Of a DNA stretch of 64,000 nucleotides, positions 1 to 16,249 are shown piece after piece. The number at the start of each line of letters is the position of its first letter. Positions within the stretch are counted from its first letter, which is position 1. The stretch is from Octopus sinensis (lineage: Eukaryota), in the NCBI RefSeq assembly GCF_006345805.1, contig NC_043007.1, forward strand, positions 63,488,001 through 63,552,000. The letters run 5' to 3'. Made by a program: the position numbers and the translations under genes. The notes under the pieces are model-generated. The model saw nothing but the letters and a program-made list of their open reading frames with translations. It had not been told where the DNA came from and ran no database searches.

Positions 1-589
1 TGCAGCCTACTAGCTTGCCAGTCCTCAGTCAAACCATCCAAACCATGCCAACAAGGAAAACAGATGTTAAATGATGACGATAATAATGGTACAGAAAGTA
101 ACAAGAAGTCAAGTAAAAAAAGACAACAAGGCTACCCAAAAGTGCATGCATAATACACAGGATATAACGCAAGAAGACAGAAAAATGAATAGTAAAAGAG
201 CCATAGAGAGGCAAGAAAGCAAAGGTATTTCAGTAATGGTGGCAAATTTTGAGAAGCATGAAATCTTTGAAGGATGCAGAGTTCTGACAGCTAACAAGCA
301 ACACATTATTTTATTCCATGCTTCAGCAATTTTGAATATAAAAGTATGTTTCTGGAAGTCATGAGAACTGCATTGTGATTTTGATTTGATTTGCATGGGT
401 AGTAGAGATATTGAGTGTAACAGGAAGCATCATGACAGTTCAATGACTGAAACTAGTGAAAGAACAAAAGAATATTTTCTCTGCAAATCATTAATCATAA
501 AAATAGTTTCATGAAAGACTTTGTGGTGTCACCTTTATTTTTTTTTTTTTCTTGTATAGAATAGTATATTATTTTATAACATGTTTCAC

Positions 590-800
590 TAATTTGGTGG
601 TGGTGTGTGTGTGGTGGTTGTGATGGTGTGGTGGTTGTGATGGTGTGGTGGTTGTGATGGTGTGGTGGTTGTGGTGGTGGTGGTGGTGGTGGTGGTGGTG
701 GTGGTGGTGGTGGTGGTGGTGGTGGTGGTGGTGGTTGTAGTAGTGGTCTGGTGGTTGTGGTGGTGATGGTGATGGTTGTGGTGGCAGAGGTGATGGTGTA
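590..800. repeat. (GGT)n microsatellite
   Basis: Direct reading; explains the poly-Pro/poly-His ORFs. Confidence 0.97.
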
Positions 801-931
801 AGAAGCAAACAGAATAACTGTAAATGATAAAAGATCAATATGACAGCTATGAAGTTGTTTGACAACATCAAGACATAATTGGACATAATGTAATAAGCAA
901 TATTTTTTTAATGGATTATACTTGATATATA

Positions 932-972
<41 letters not shown>

Positions 973-1545
973 GCACGCACACACGCACATACATACCAAG
1001 GATTTATATACGCATTGTTTGATTATTATAGTCAGAATTATTAATGGTACTCATAATTATTTCATGTTTATGGAGAGGGTTGCTTTGCTTCCTTGTTATT
1101 ATACAATGTGCAGAAACCAATAAATAATGTGTTTTATTCAAGTTCCACATGATTGATTTCACTGAGAATTCGTTCCCCACTTTCTAGAATTTATTTATAT
1201 ATTATATATATATAATCTGTATATTATCAGGTGTGTGGTAAAGTTTTACCAGGTTTTGTTTACATACACACACACACACTTGATTTCAGGTTCAATTTCA
1301 CTGTATGGTACTTCTGGCAAGGATTTTCTGGTATAGCTCCAAGCTAACCCAAGACTTAAAAGTGGTTTTTGGTTGACAGAAGCTGGAAGAAGGCTAGCTA
1401 TGTCTGGGTCATTGCTAAAAATCTTACCTGTTTAAAATTTTACCTAATGAAGGTGGATTGTATATTATAGTGTAATCTTTTATGACTGCATTTCATACAT
1501 AAAATTCTACCAAAACAACTATCTTATGTGTGGCATGTGTGTGTA

Positions 1546-1617
<72 letters not shown>

Positions 1618-1999
1618 AGTGTGTGTTTGTGTGTGTAAATATATTACATGACATAACCATGGCCAACCAGACTATGAGATTTTGTTACACACTGCTAGTT
1701 ACAATGTGCTTTGCAACATTCTACTCTTCAAGTAACACCACCCCAATGACTAAAAGAGCAGACCAACATTTTTCTCTTATAAATACAAATCAATGCAGTT
1801 AGCTGTAACCTAGAAAATAACTTAGACCCACCCTAATATCAGCCCAGATGTTTCATCCCTCCAAACTCATATATATATATATATATAATATACACACACG
1901 ATTAACATCTTGTACACAAGTGTGTGTGTGTGTTTCATTACTGGTTGTGTGTACATGTGTGTAAGACTCTGCAAGCCAAGTGAGACCATAACCTTTGGC

Positions 2000-2580
2000 C
2001 TATGCTAGGGGTGTAACCACCCACTTATGCATACTTTTCCTTCATTGGACACTAAACTCTGCTTACAAAGACCTGTTGAGGCAAGTGAAATCGAAATCAA
2101 AATCGAAATCAAATTCGATGACTGGCATCCATGCTAGTAGAGCGCTAAGAGTCCATCCGAGCGTGATCGTTGTCAGAGCAAAAAACTGGCTTCTGAGCCG
2201 GTGGCACATAAAAAGCACCATTCGAGCATGATCATTACCTGCATCGCCTTACTGGCAATTGTGCTGGTGGTATGGGAAAAAACATTCAAGCAAGGTCATT
2301 GCCAGGGCCGCCGGACTGGCTCCTGTGCAGGTGGCATATAAAAAGCACCATATGAATGTGGCCATTGCCAGTACCACCTGACTGGCCCTCATGCTAGTGG
2401 CACATAAAAGCACCCACTACACTCTCAGAGTGGCTGGCGTTAGGAAGGGCATCCAGCTGTGGAAACTTTGTCAGATCAGATTGGAGCCTGGTGCAGCCAT
2501 CTGGTTCGCCAGACCTCAGTCAAATCGTCCAACCCATGCTAGCATGGAAAGCGGATGTTAAATGATGATGATGATGATGG
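2000..2580 (+). mobile_element. 3' end of RTE-family LINE/derived SINE with (GAT)n tail
   Basis: Reverse-complement match to 52258-52800 and 61413-61905 (ggaagggcatccagc...catgctagcatggaaagcggatgttaaatgatgatg). Further tail fragments at 1-85, 10480-10570 and 32920-33130. Confidence 0.8.
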
Positions 2581-3984
2581 ATTGTGAGCAAGTGTTCAGC
2601 TGATGAAACTCAAATGGAGAATCCCTGTATGTGTTTGCATATATGTATGCATGTCTGTATGCATGCAAGTATATATGTATCTTTTGCTGGTGTACATCAG
2701 TGTCAAAACAGTGCTTTTTGAATGCAGTTCACTGAGTTACAAACACCACCTCGATACTTTTACCACTTAAAATGCAGTGAACTAGTGATTGGATGGTTAG
2801 AAATCTGTAAACAATGATGCTATTATTCCCTAGTTGTGATATAAAATATGTGTATTTCTTTTATCTTTTACTTGGTTGCAGTTCAAATGATTGAAACAAG
2901 TAAAAGATACTGTTTGGAAAGGTTTAGTCAAACGAATCAACTTTGCCAAATCATTAAGTTACAGGAGTGAAGACAAACCGGCACTAGCTGTGCCCCCCAC
3001 CTATTAGTAGGTGGTGAGGAACAAGCACAAGCGCACACACACACACACACTCATACAACATGTTTACCAAATCCATTCCCAAGGTTTTGTCCACCCAGGA
3101 CTATAGTAGACAAAACTTGCCATAAGTACTATGCAATGGGATTGAACCCAGAGCCATGTGGTTGGGAAATCATGAGTTACAAGTACCATAGGTAATGCAG
3201 CCCATAAAATGGCATCTATAATCCACTCAGATGGCTTTCTAGAAGCTACTGCTTTAAGAAGGTGGCATTAATTACTGCTGGCAATGGAGTATTTTTTATA
3301 GTATAAATCATAATTGAGAACATTGAGTCTTGCAAAATAAATGGAATCAAGAACCATGGAAAAATGGTGTATTGCAGATATGACCTGGTCATATTTGCAT
3401 TGATGATTTCAATGATAATGAGAATAATATTATGATGATAATAAAGTGGCCGAAATTGCAATTTATTTTCCATTTGTAAATCCCAAAATTCATGCAGTTA
3501 CTCCTTTTTTTTTTGTCTGTCTGTCTATCTGTCTGCCTATCTCTCTCCCCCTCTCTCTCAGTACACACTCACACATACATATACATATCTATCTGTCTGA
3601 CTGCCTCTCTATCTATCTAGATTGCTAGCTATCGATCTAGATATATCTTTAACTGATTCTCAGTTATTATTCTCAATTCCTCAAATTATTGACCCTGTGC
3701 AGGATTTTCTGAATTTCTGGGCTAAGGTTAGGAGTTGGGGAAAACAAGAGTAAATTATCATCTTAAATTCCCATAAGTACAATCAGAACAGCCTGCACGA
3801 TTTTGCAATATCCATTTACTGAATTCAATATCTCTGAAATTCAATATTTCTGGATTGCATCGATTGAATATCAACTGTCCCAGAAGCAATAAGTAGCAAA
3901 CAAAGAAATTAACTCATTTCATTTTGAATGAAATTTCAGCTGGCAGAGAGTTTTGTTTAGTTTCCATTACCTTGTGGTTATTTG

Positions 3985-4345
3985 TGTTGTGATTGCTGCT
4001 GCTGTTGTAGTTCTTATGATTGTGATTGCCACAGCTTCTGTTGTTATGGTTGTTGTTGCTGCTGTTGTTATTGTTGTTGTTGATGATGTTAATGATGATG
4101 GTGGTGGTGGTGGTGGTGGTGGTGGTAATGGTTGTGGAGAAGGTATAGATAGCGGTAGAAGTGGTAAATATGGTGTTGGTGGTAATGATGGTGATAGTGA
4201 AGATACAGATGGGGGTGAAGCCATCATCGTTATATCCACCAAAACCACCACCGATACACAGATAGTGGTGGCCGTTGTTGTTGTTGTTGGGGGTGGGGTG
4301 GCACTGGTCATAGCAGAAGTCACCATCATGATAGTGATGATGATA
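3985..4345. repeat. Degenerate (GTT/GGT/GAT)n tract
   Basis: Direct reading. Confidence 0.9.
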
Positions 4346-4990
4346 TCTTTGTTGCTCTGCTCCATCATCTAGTTATTGAAAACAATCTCTCGCCCAGAAA
4401 AACAAGTTCTTTACTTTCATTTACCATCTTTTCCTTATTTCTTTTATTGTTACCAATTTGAATGTCATTCTTGTGTTCTTATTTGATCAATGAATTTATA
4501 AACAATAATTTTTTTTCTTTTTCTTTTTTGCTTTTTCCATTCCTTTAAGTTTTATTTTACTGTTATCCTATTACAATTTTATGTGCACATACATAGACGT
4601 AGGCATACCATAGCACAGAAATAGTTGTGTTATTAAGAAGTTTACTTCCCAACTACATGGTTTTGCTTTCAACCCTACTGCATGATCCCTTTGCCAAGTG
4701 TCTTCTCCTATAACCCTATAGCCCTTGGCTGGTGAGCAGATTTGGTTGGTGGAAACCCATCATGTGTATGTAGGTATACAAGTGTGTGTGTGTATATACA
4801 TCTATCATATATATATGTATGTATATATGTATGTATGTATGTATGTATATGTGGGGGTGGAGTGTCTGTCTCCTTGTTTTGATATTGCGTAATGGCTGTA
4901 AAAACTTCTTGTTTTACAAGTAGTATCAGTCATTGAGGCTTCCAATGAAACATATTCAGCCATGGAAACTGTTGTAATCCGAAGTTGAAC

Positions 4991-6420
4991 TGTTATAATG
5001 TCCATTCTGGTATAGCAGTATAGTTTTAGTTAGACAAATAAGACACGACTATCTATGACCAACTACTTGACTGACACCCCCTCAACTTCCTATGTCACAG
5101 TCCTTATAATGACTAACACATACCACTTGTCACGTGAGAGGGGTGTTCCATTATTATTATTATCCCTGTAATATCTCCCCTTTTTAGTTTCATTTTTTCA
5201 TAGGTAATGTAATTTTGTTTTATTAGCAATGATTTTTACATCACTCCATCTCCCTTTTTAGAGTTTTTTTGTTTTTCATACAGTTACCCATTTAATATTT
5301 TTTCATTTGACATCCACTTCCAGGAACTCTATACATTTTCTTTTTCTTTCACTTGTGCATATGGGTTCAATTATTTGTAGTGGCATTGGTACTTGAAAAG
5401 TACCAAATAACCATTCCACTAGTTCTTCCATTCTCTTGGGTTCACTCTCAATGAATCTTTTTTCAGTTGGTTCACGTATCCCTTGTATATGCCTTTTCTT
5501 CCTTTTACCAAGTATAGCATTTTTCCTATGCATTTGGCAACCATACCATCTTCCCAAATTCGTTTTCCATTCTTGCATGCCCTGACAAATACATTTTCAC
5601 CAAGTTTGAAATATCCTGCCACATTATTCATTGCAATTTTTCTTTTCTTACCAGGTAGCAATTTGTTGAAGACTGATTTTATTTTCCTCAGAGACATCAG
5701 CTCCACTGGTGACACACCTGCTGGAATATTTGGTTTTGGTGTCACACAGTATACTCTTAAGCATTGTTGTAGAGATCCCTCATCCATAACTTTCTTATTT
5801 GATTTTCTGAGGACTCTTTTGAACATATTGGCAAAGCATTCTGCTTGTCCGTTAGATCTGGTATGGTATGGCGCTGTAGTTGCGTGTTCTACAGCAAACA
5901 TTTTACAAAACTTTTTAAACTCAAAAGACACGAATTGTGTTCATTGTCGGACACTATTGTGACTGGAATGCCAAATCTCACAAACAACTTATGTAGAAAG
6001 TTTGTTGCAGTTGAAGAGTTTGGCTTTTCACACTTACAAATTTCTAGCCAATTAGAGAAACTATCTGCTACCACTAAGTAGTATGAGCCATTTAAGGGAC
6101 CAGCAAAATTGATATGTAGTCTCGACCACAGAACATCTACTTTTGGCCAAAGTTCACTTTTTATCATCAGTACATCCTCTGCAGCCTTTTACTAAATTTT
6201 CGATTTCTCTATCTATTTTTGGCTAGTACACATAGCTATGCATTAAAGCTTTCATCCTTGAAATATCAGGATGTCCAACATGAAATTCCCTCAACATTTT
6301 CTTTTGCAATGTTTCAAGTATTACTACTTTCTGTGCATCAGTACACCATCACAAATTGAGTATAGGTTCATGTCTTGGTTTCATTTCACACCAATCCTTT
6401 TCCCATTTACTTTCCCTGTC
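4991..6420 (-). mobile_element. Ty3/Gypsy LTR-retrotransposon 3' remnant (integrase pseudogene, PPT, short LTR)
   Basis: HHCC region (HVGHPD...YVYWPKIDREIENLVKGCRGC), core WSRLHINFAGP...FGIPVTIVSDN and TAPYHTRSNGQAE across frameshifted ORFs 5889-6167 and 5419-5931. Polypurine tract AAAAAGGGGAGA near 5174-5185 next to a putative LTR 4991-5173. Confidence 0.88.
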
Positions 6421-6421
6421 C

Positions 6422-6473
<52 letters not shown>

Positions 6474-6675
6474 CGGTGGTGGTGGTGGTGATGGAGGTGA
6501 TGATAATGGTAATGGTGATGATGATGATAATGGTGGTGGTGGTGACGATGAGAATGATGATGATTGCAGTGGCAGTGGTGGTTATGATGAAGATGATGGT
6601 GGTGGTGATGGTGCTGCTGCTGCTGGTGATGATGGTGGTAGTGGTGGTGGTGAAGATGATGATGATTATGATGAT
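6420..6675. repeat. (GAT)n/(GGT)n compound microsatellite
   Basis: Direct reading; abuts the Gypsy remnant. Confidence 0.95.
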
Positions 6676-7005
6676 GCATACAAACACATACCCATACATC
6701 TTCAAATCCACACCCATACTTATGATTCATACAACACATTTTATTTTATGTTTATTTGTCTAATAATTTTCTACAATCTTTGAAACATGTAGAACTGTAA
6801 TATAACATTTGTTTCTGCTTTACCCTTACAGTGAAATCATGAAATGATCATCCAGGATGAAGGATGAAAACTGTTATTTTGTTTCTTCAGACTTGCTGAA
6901 ATAGGCTTAACTATGAGGGTCAAATGAAGCAATAATGCTCTTTCAAAGCTTTTTTCTTCATAACACATGTAAAAATTAATGATTTTATTATTATGACGAT
7001 ATTAA

Positions 7006-8265
<1,260 letters not shown>

Positions 8266-8429
8266 ATTGTTGTTGTTGTTGTTGCTATTATTATCATTGT
8301 TGTTGTTATTGGTAAACTATTAGACTAAATCTGAAAACAAGACTCATGAATTTATTGTTAAAAAGTATTGATACTTATGTAATCAAGGCGCATAACTTAA
8401 ATATTCTTTCCGTGTTACCCTTGTAAATT

Positions 8430-8464
<35 letters not shown>

Positions 8465-10581
8465 AATTATTGTATACAGTGCTCAGGTGTCCATTGAAAA
8501 TAATATATTTGCACAATAGCTTCGGTAATGGCATAAGGTTAAAGTAGATGTACAAAATGAAATGTTTCATGCCTGTTTCAAAATCCCAGTTTGCCTTAAT
8601 GGGGATGGTTGGCATTGCAGTATCTTCAACTGCTCATATTTATGAAAAACAATAGTTAAGCTCAATTACTCATAATAGTTAAGCTCAAAAGAGTGGTAAG
8701 ACTATCAATTAAAATATTATAATCGTGAGGTTTGTTTACCTCTTTACGAATGCCATTTCAATATGATTATTGCAGTTGGTTTAATTTGAAGAGTATTGGA
8801 TCTCAGAAGTATTCCAAATATTGGATTAATCTTAAACATCCAGTTGTTCATAAAAGTTCAATGCATTGTAGTACTGTTGTATATAATGCAATGTGTGGCT
8901 CATGACATTTGCTACCTTACTATTAGATTAATTTAGCACTGACTGCTTGATAGGTTTGCTTTGGCAAAATACGTTCTGACAATGATATAAAGTTGGTAAT
9001 GAAGGCAGGAGAGACCAAACATAAAGTTGACAAACATAAAGCAGACACATCAGATTTATTTAACAATGATTGTAATGCAAGCAGCTGCATTGGTTACAGC
9101 TACAACAGTAGATTCTGCAAATCAAAACTAAACAAAAAAAAGCAATAACAACCACAATAACAAAAATATTAACAATAATAAAAAGAAGGACAATAGTACC
9201 AATAGTTACAGCAACATAAACAACAACTACAATAGCTGCAGAAACAACTGCAATTAGCAGCAAAAACAACAGTAGCAACAACAGTGATTATAAAAAGAAA
9301 TTCAAACCTTTCAGACATTGAAGATAAGGCAGACATGATTTTAAGCCTAATATCTTCTCAAAAAGATAATGCCAATGATACTGCAAATTAGCAATTTGAG
9401 TAGTAAAAAGAAAGACAAAAATTCTAGAATGGTGGTATATTTCTAACTTTCCAAAAGATCAAAATATATCACCTTCACTCTAAACTGAAAGTTGAAAAGA
9501 TTTTCGAGAATTAACTTAACCATAACAGACAACATAATGAAGGAAACCTTATTATATAATAAAGAGTTCATGAAAGCTATACTTAAACGCAAATCACCAA
9601 ATATAGATATTTTCTTGATGATCATAGTAATTTAATTTTAAAAATGTTTAAATCTTTTATTTATTTATTTATTTGGATTTTACTTATCTAGAGTTTACCC
9701 ACTTCAGTGTTCAGTGCCGGGCCCAATGTTGTACCAGTCAGCATGTCACTCCATCTGATATTGGAAGCCTATTACTACTAGCCAGGTACAAAGGCCAGTG
9801 AGGAGGCCAGTGTCAGGAGAAAAAATTTGAATATCATACCACAAAGAAGTGGAATGGATACAGCAAGATTTCTCATCCAGCATTGTGACGGTTCTAATAC
9901 ACAACCTTGACTTTTATTGTCCCTGAAAATATGATAGGAATCAATAAAAATAAAGTACAGAGAGCTGCATAAATGAACATAAGTTGTGTTGACATACATC
10001 TACCATTTTGGCACTCAGTTCTCTTCGTTACTTTCTCCTGCAACTCTAAATGAAAAGAAATTCATATAAAGAGCCTTCCACAAAATCGTGCCTGTGAATG
10101 TATTCACAGGCATGATTTCACAACTCAAAATTTGATTAAAATTCCACTTAAAATTGAGGAAAATAATGGATTTGATCACATAGTGCCAAACATATGAACT
10201 TGTCATGTCTCATTTACATACCACAGACTGATTAAAATGGAGATTGCTACACACACACACAACTGTAAAGCATCCTATACAATGTTCTAACAACTCTGAT
10301 TATTCACCATTTATCAGTCATAGCTTTCATAAAAGAATTCAATGACACAAAAATCTCCACTCAATCAACATATATTTCTCATAATAACTCCAAAGGAGAA
10401 GAGTTCAAGGTTACAAATTTACAGTCATGAAACATTTTTCATTAAAATTTTCAGTTCTCAAAATTGTTTATATATATAGTAGCCTTCTACCTGGCTGGCT
10501 TCTGTCAAACCATCCAATGCAAGCCAGCATGGAAGGCAAATGCTTAATGATGATACTGATGATGCTGATGACAATGATGAT

Positions 10582-10706
10582 GTGTGTATATGTATGTACG
10601 TATGTATGTATGTATGTATGTATGTATGTATGTATGTATGTATGTATGTATGTGTGTGTGTGTATGTATGTATGTATGTATGTATGTATGTATGTATGTA
10701 TGTATG
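10582..10706. repeat. (GTAT)n microsatellite
   Basis: Direct reading. Other long (GT/CA)n tracts at ~1535-1615, 12880-12957 and 14740-14788; (GATA)n/(GA)n at 15421-15495. Confidence 0.95.
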
Positions 10707-11839
10707 CATGCAAGCATGTTTTGTATTTATCAGGCATGGGTATGTACTTAGGAAGCTTGCTTTGCAACCATATGATTCAGTCCCACTGCATGACACACTG
10801 AACAAGTGTCTTGTAGCCTTAAGCTAACCAATGCCATGTGAGTGAATATTGTAGATAGAATCTGCTCTGTGTATGTGTCATTGTGTTTACATTTGTCCCT
10901 CCACTATCACTTGACAACTGGTATTGGCTTGATTAGATTCCTGTGATTTAAAGGTTTGTCAAAATAAATTAATAGAATAAGTACCAGACTTTAAAAATTT
11001 CTACTGAAGTCAATTTTTTGACTAAACCCTTCAAGGCATACTCTAGCAAAGCCACAGTCCAATGAGTGAAATCAATAAAAGGTAAAATAAAAAAGGTTTA
11101 TAAGGTGGCAAATTAACTGAGCAGTTAGAGCACCAAATAAATTGCCTTGTGATAATTGTTTCAGTTCTCTACTCTCTCTTAGTTCAGATACTCCTGAATT
11201 CAACATTTCTTTTCATCCTTTCTGGGTCAATAAATACAGTACAGGTCCTGCTTGGGGCTAATTCTTTTCTTTCTCTTTCTCTATCTGTCTGTCTCTCTGG
11301 AAGTAATCAGCTGTCTAAAAAAAAATATAGTATACTCACGAGAAGGAAGAAAAAGAAATGTTTCCCATCTCTTATATGCATATGTGTGAGCAGGCAAGGA
11401 ATATGTGTGGGAGCTAGCTTTTAAAATAGAGAGAAGTGCTCTTTTTTTTATATACATCCTTACTACATGCATACACTACTTGTTAAAATATGTTGGCTGA
11501 TTTTAAAGATATTTTTGATCCTTCTTGAAACATGTGGTACCAATTATTTATTACATCTGTTTCTTTACATTCTTTCTCCTTTAGCAGTTTTTCCATTTCT
11601 AAATGAGCCTCTTTGCATGCATTTTCATATCAGCTATCACACAAATTAGACACTTTGTGCTCACATGTGCAAATAATTTGCATCTTTCATTCTACATTGC
11701 AATTTATTTCAATTCAAAATTTACATTTTTAAAAAATTCTCTTGAATTTACAATTGCTTTATTTTTCAATGATGCTTCCACCTATAATTCCTCCAAAATG
11801 TTCTCTGCTGTTAAATGCAATCATGTTTTGAGGGCAACA

Positions 11840-12893
11840 GAAACAGATGAATAGTGACAATGAAGAATGGAAGCCAATATTGTCCAGAATGTAGCTCACA
11901 GAAGACTTGAGACTAACAGAGAATGTGAGGTTCACCTTGAACAGAATCTTACTAGACAGATTGCAAATAGGCAATTGAGGATGCTTGATGAACAACAGAC
12001 TTTCCTTAAACAGAAAGCTACCAAACAAGTTGCACATTGACAACTGGAGGCATCTGGTGGATGAATGGCTTAGCTGGAAGACAATTCTACTTCAAAAGCA
12101 TTGAATGCTATGAAACTCCACAATAGTGCTAGGCTGGCAGAAAGCTATAAAAAAAAACAAGACAATTAGAGTCCAGATCACAAGACATACACTCATGAAC
12201 TGTGGAAAAGGTTACTTTCAAAAATGATCTTGGGTATGACTATAGTTCTGAAAAAATAATTCCATTTGACACCATGTCTAAAGTTTGGGACAAGTGCAGA
12301 GTCAAGAAATGCTGACACAATCAAAAAGTTAATCTACCTGTCCTCGCTAATCTACCAAAGACACTAAAGCAGATCCTGAATGACAGCTTCTCATTGCTGC
12401 TATAGATGGATCTGCACATTTTGCTTGCACCCAAATGACTTCCTTTGTGTTACATTAGAACTTATCAAAAAGAACTGATGACAGAGTTTTATATGCATTT
12501 ACAAATGCAATTAATGATGATGTATCAAGAGGAGAGCATTGTGAATCATACATTTTCCCTTCAAGTTTGATTAGCAGTTCTAGTACTTACAAAAATGAAC
12601 ATGGTTTGTGATGATATATGTTCACTAAGACCTCTTCATTACTTTCACCTTCTTCAAATGGAAAGAAGTTCTGGTAGGAGACCTTCCATGTTAAATATAC
12701 ATTTGCAGGCTTCATTTAACTACTTAAAATTCGATAAAAATTCCACTTAAAATTAAGTAAGATGATGGATTTTATTACAAAGTGCCAAATATCTGAACCT
12801 GTTATATGCCATATACATAACATAGAAGATTAGAATAGGAGATTGCCAGACACATGCATGCATGTACTTGCACACACACGCACACACATATGC

Positions 12894-12960
<67 letters not shown>

Positions 12961-14270
12961 AACAAACAAGAAAACACATATACATATGTGCAAATATCAA
13001 ACATATACAGATTGATCTAGTTAAATAAAATTCATTTCTGTTTAATTGATACCACAACATCAACAAAACTTCTAGATCCTGACAGAAACAGAGAGTATTC
13101 ATATATTGTTAAAATCTAGGTAGTTTATGGACCCTATGGTGCTCGTAACAGGAATTCACTTTCCTTGAAAGACGACAAGCAGTAAGCTGTTTCCAAGACT
13201 ATTTGTCACAAAAACCCAAACAGTTGAAGACGACCATTCATTTTATAGAAAATAACAACTAAACAGTGGAGACTTCCAAACTATAGTTGAACATCAATAA
13301 ATTGACTATTGGTAGATAGTTTCCCATCACTCACACCTGATGAACACTTTGCACACATCAATGTTAAGTTCTGCCATTCAATAAAGTTCATCAAAGATGT
13401 CTGAAAATATGTCAGCAAGGGCCCTTGTGCTTCAGTAGTTACTGTTTTGCTGAAAAACATCTGTATCAAAGTTATCTAATTCCATTACACATCACCAGCA
13501 ATGAGACTTTGGTGCATTTTTGCTTTTCCCAATAAGAAGTTGAGTTGCATCGATTTTGCAGTCAACAGCTTGCTGTCTACTTCAAAAATGGCAACAAGTT
13601 TTCTTCACTTTATCAACTACTACTTAGCAAGTACAACTTTCAAAGAACATAATGCTTAAATCCTTTTTCAAGCTGTGTCAACATACTGTGATCTCATTAA
13701 AAAAATATTGCTGTACTATCAGGTTCTTTCCTACTATATATAAGATAATGGGCAATGAAGATGAAAAATGTAAAGTGCTTTTATTGAGGGTCAATCTGTC
13801 AAGATTTGACAATACCATCTGAAGAGTATATGCTACACTCCAACCAATATGAATGCCTTTATTTATTTTATTTTCTTGAGCAATTTCTCCAAGAAGTATG
13901 AAGTCCAAGTTTATTTCAAGATTTTTGAACAGTCAATAGTAAAGTTTACAGCATCTGCAAAGAAGTAGGTTTAGACTAGGATTGCTGTAGAATGATACTC
14001 TGTGAGCTGTAACATTGCAAGAAGCTCCAGTATCTCAAACAGCTAAGATACGTTTTGGTATGTTGTTAACCATCCAATCTACTTCAGTTTGAGCTCGACT
14101 ATTTTGATGACTTTGCTAAAAAGACGTCATGCATAAATTTTAGCTATAATCTTGTACAGAAATAGGGTACACAGAAGAAATCTACAATGCAGTCCTTATT
14201 GACATTAAAAATAAGCTCATAGATTTAAATTGTCAAGAACATTTTGAAATATGGCCTCCTTCAACCAAGC
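11840..14270 (+). mobile_element. Highly degenerate Helitron RepHel remnant (Helitron A)
   Basis: Colinear decayed motifs read by eye: VNLPVLANLPKTL, QMTSF, YIFPSSL, LFITFT..KWKEV, VYGPYGARN, AHINVKFCHSIKFIK..KYVSKG, QLAVYFKNG, FFKLCQ, LGLL*ND. Many stops and frameshifts; interrupted by (CA)n at ~12880-12960. Confidence 0.75.
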
Positions 14271-14737
14271 TCTAAACTGCTTTTTTTTTTTTATATAATT
14301 TCATTTACCATGTTTTATAATTATGATTAAACTGCCTGGCACTTATTCTCTGTCTCTGTATGTATTTAAGCCTTCCTCTTCTTTTTCTCTTTCTTGACAA
14401 ATAAATTCTTAATGCTTTTGCTAAGATCAAATGAAAATCCCACAAAACTATGTCAGTGTATATAACCCAGGTCAGCTATTGAAATACTATACAAAATATG
14501 GAACAAACAAATCCTTCTAACATGTGTGTGGGGCGGTGGGGAATATACAGTGCAAGTATTATGATTTTCATTATTGTTATTTTTTCTTTGCATGTATTTA
14601 TTTTTATATTTATTATTTGTTTTTCATATTTTTATCTTTGTAGCTTGTTTCTTACTTTCTGCTTCTTTGTTAGTAGGGCAAATAAAAATTCGAGAAACTT
14701 GCCTACAAAATACATACCATACATATTTGTTTGTGTA

Positions 14738-14789
<52 letters not shown>

Positions 14790-14949
14790 GAAAATAGCAA
14801 CTGAATCACCTTCAAATTTCACCATACCATCTTAAAAAACAAAATAGTAGACACTGTACTATCTTTAAAAAAATAAGAACTTAATGGGCAATGGTCATGG
14901 TGGGAATCCCTTTGATTATACTTCCATTCAATCAAGGTTGATCTGCTTG

Positions 14950-15400
14950 AGTGGAAGCATGATCTAAGCTACAACAAAATCACAAAATGATATCCTACAG
15001 AATATCACAGAATATTGGAAAACATCTTACTTACAACTTCATTCTGAGTTATGTACATCTGATATCTAGCTTCTTTTCTAACAACACAATATTGTTCCAT
15101 GTTCCCCAATTTCGTCCAATCTTTCCAGTCTATCTCTTAAATTTTATAACTTGATCGACTGTTCCATTCCACCACCATATCTCCTTCTGTCTGACTAGAA
15201 TCTTGCTCCAACCAGATTTGGTCTGCTGTTGCTCTCATAAAAAAATTTCAGTTGTCCTCTATGTTATAGGTTTCTATCTCTTCCTCAGCATAAGTGCCAT
15301 CTAGAGCTTCTCTGAACCTATGCCTGACAGAGACATCTCTCAGCTCCCAAACTTCCATTTTCAAGATTATCTTGTGTCACTGGGGATTAGGTCCAACTAG
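14950..15400 (-). mobile_element. Degenerate RTE LINE ORF fragment
   Basis: Minus-strand VWELRDVSVRHRFREAL...EIWWWNGTVDQVIK resembles the RTE EN-RT linker. Confidence 0.5.
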
Positions 15401-15437
15401 TTCTTACTACAGGAGATATAGATCGATCGATCGATAG

Positions 15438-15492
<55 letters not shown>

Positions 15493-16249
15493 GAGATCAT
15501 ATATACATGTGTAGCAGTGATTCAAAACCAAACCACTAGGTAGCTGGTCAGACATCACAATCAAACCACAGTAGTTTCACAAGATCAATCTATTAAGCAA
15601 TTAATCAACGTCAAGTCATAAAATGATTCAATCTTCCAGAATCTTCTCCTGAGCCCTATAAAAATGCAGTTTTGGGCAGTAATTGCAGAATGTTGAGGCA
15701 GCTGTGCATTATGTTTCTATTCTCGACACATCCAGCCAATCAAGACAGATAGCCAACACTAGACAGGAAATTTCGTTGCCACGAATTTAGTGCCATTATT
15801 TTCTAGATGTGATGGGCCAACCACAATTGCTGTATCAGTAAGCTTGTAAACTCCAAGAAGTATGTCTCTCCCACTATGTTATTATTACTGACAGTATTTT
15901 CAAAAGACCAACGCAGTTAAAACCCTATTTGCAATAATAAAACCTGTTAATTGCGCATGGATGTTATCAGTTATTTCTTCACAGAGTCCAAGAAATATAT
16001 TTTCATTCAGCATCTCTACTAGTCATCATCTCACAACACAATAACCCACAACACAAGATTTTCAGTATTTAAAAGCAAGGGTATAATGGCAAAAATAAAG
16101 GTAATATGGGGATGATTATTAAATCTCTTAGTTGGTACAAGCATCCCAAAGAATGAAACAATATACCAAATTTGAACAGGGCATATCCCCTTGCAAAATA
16201 CATTTTCACTGAGAAAGTTGCTCAGAAAGAGACAGAGATATACAGGGGG

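Noticed and set aside
9692-10110. Candidate exons on both strands and a 10-bp hairpin near 10090
   Set aside because: No frame gives a recognisable protein; the hairpin is within chance expectation
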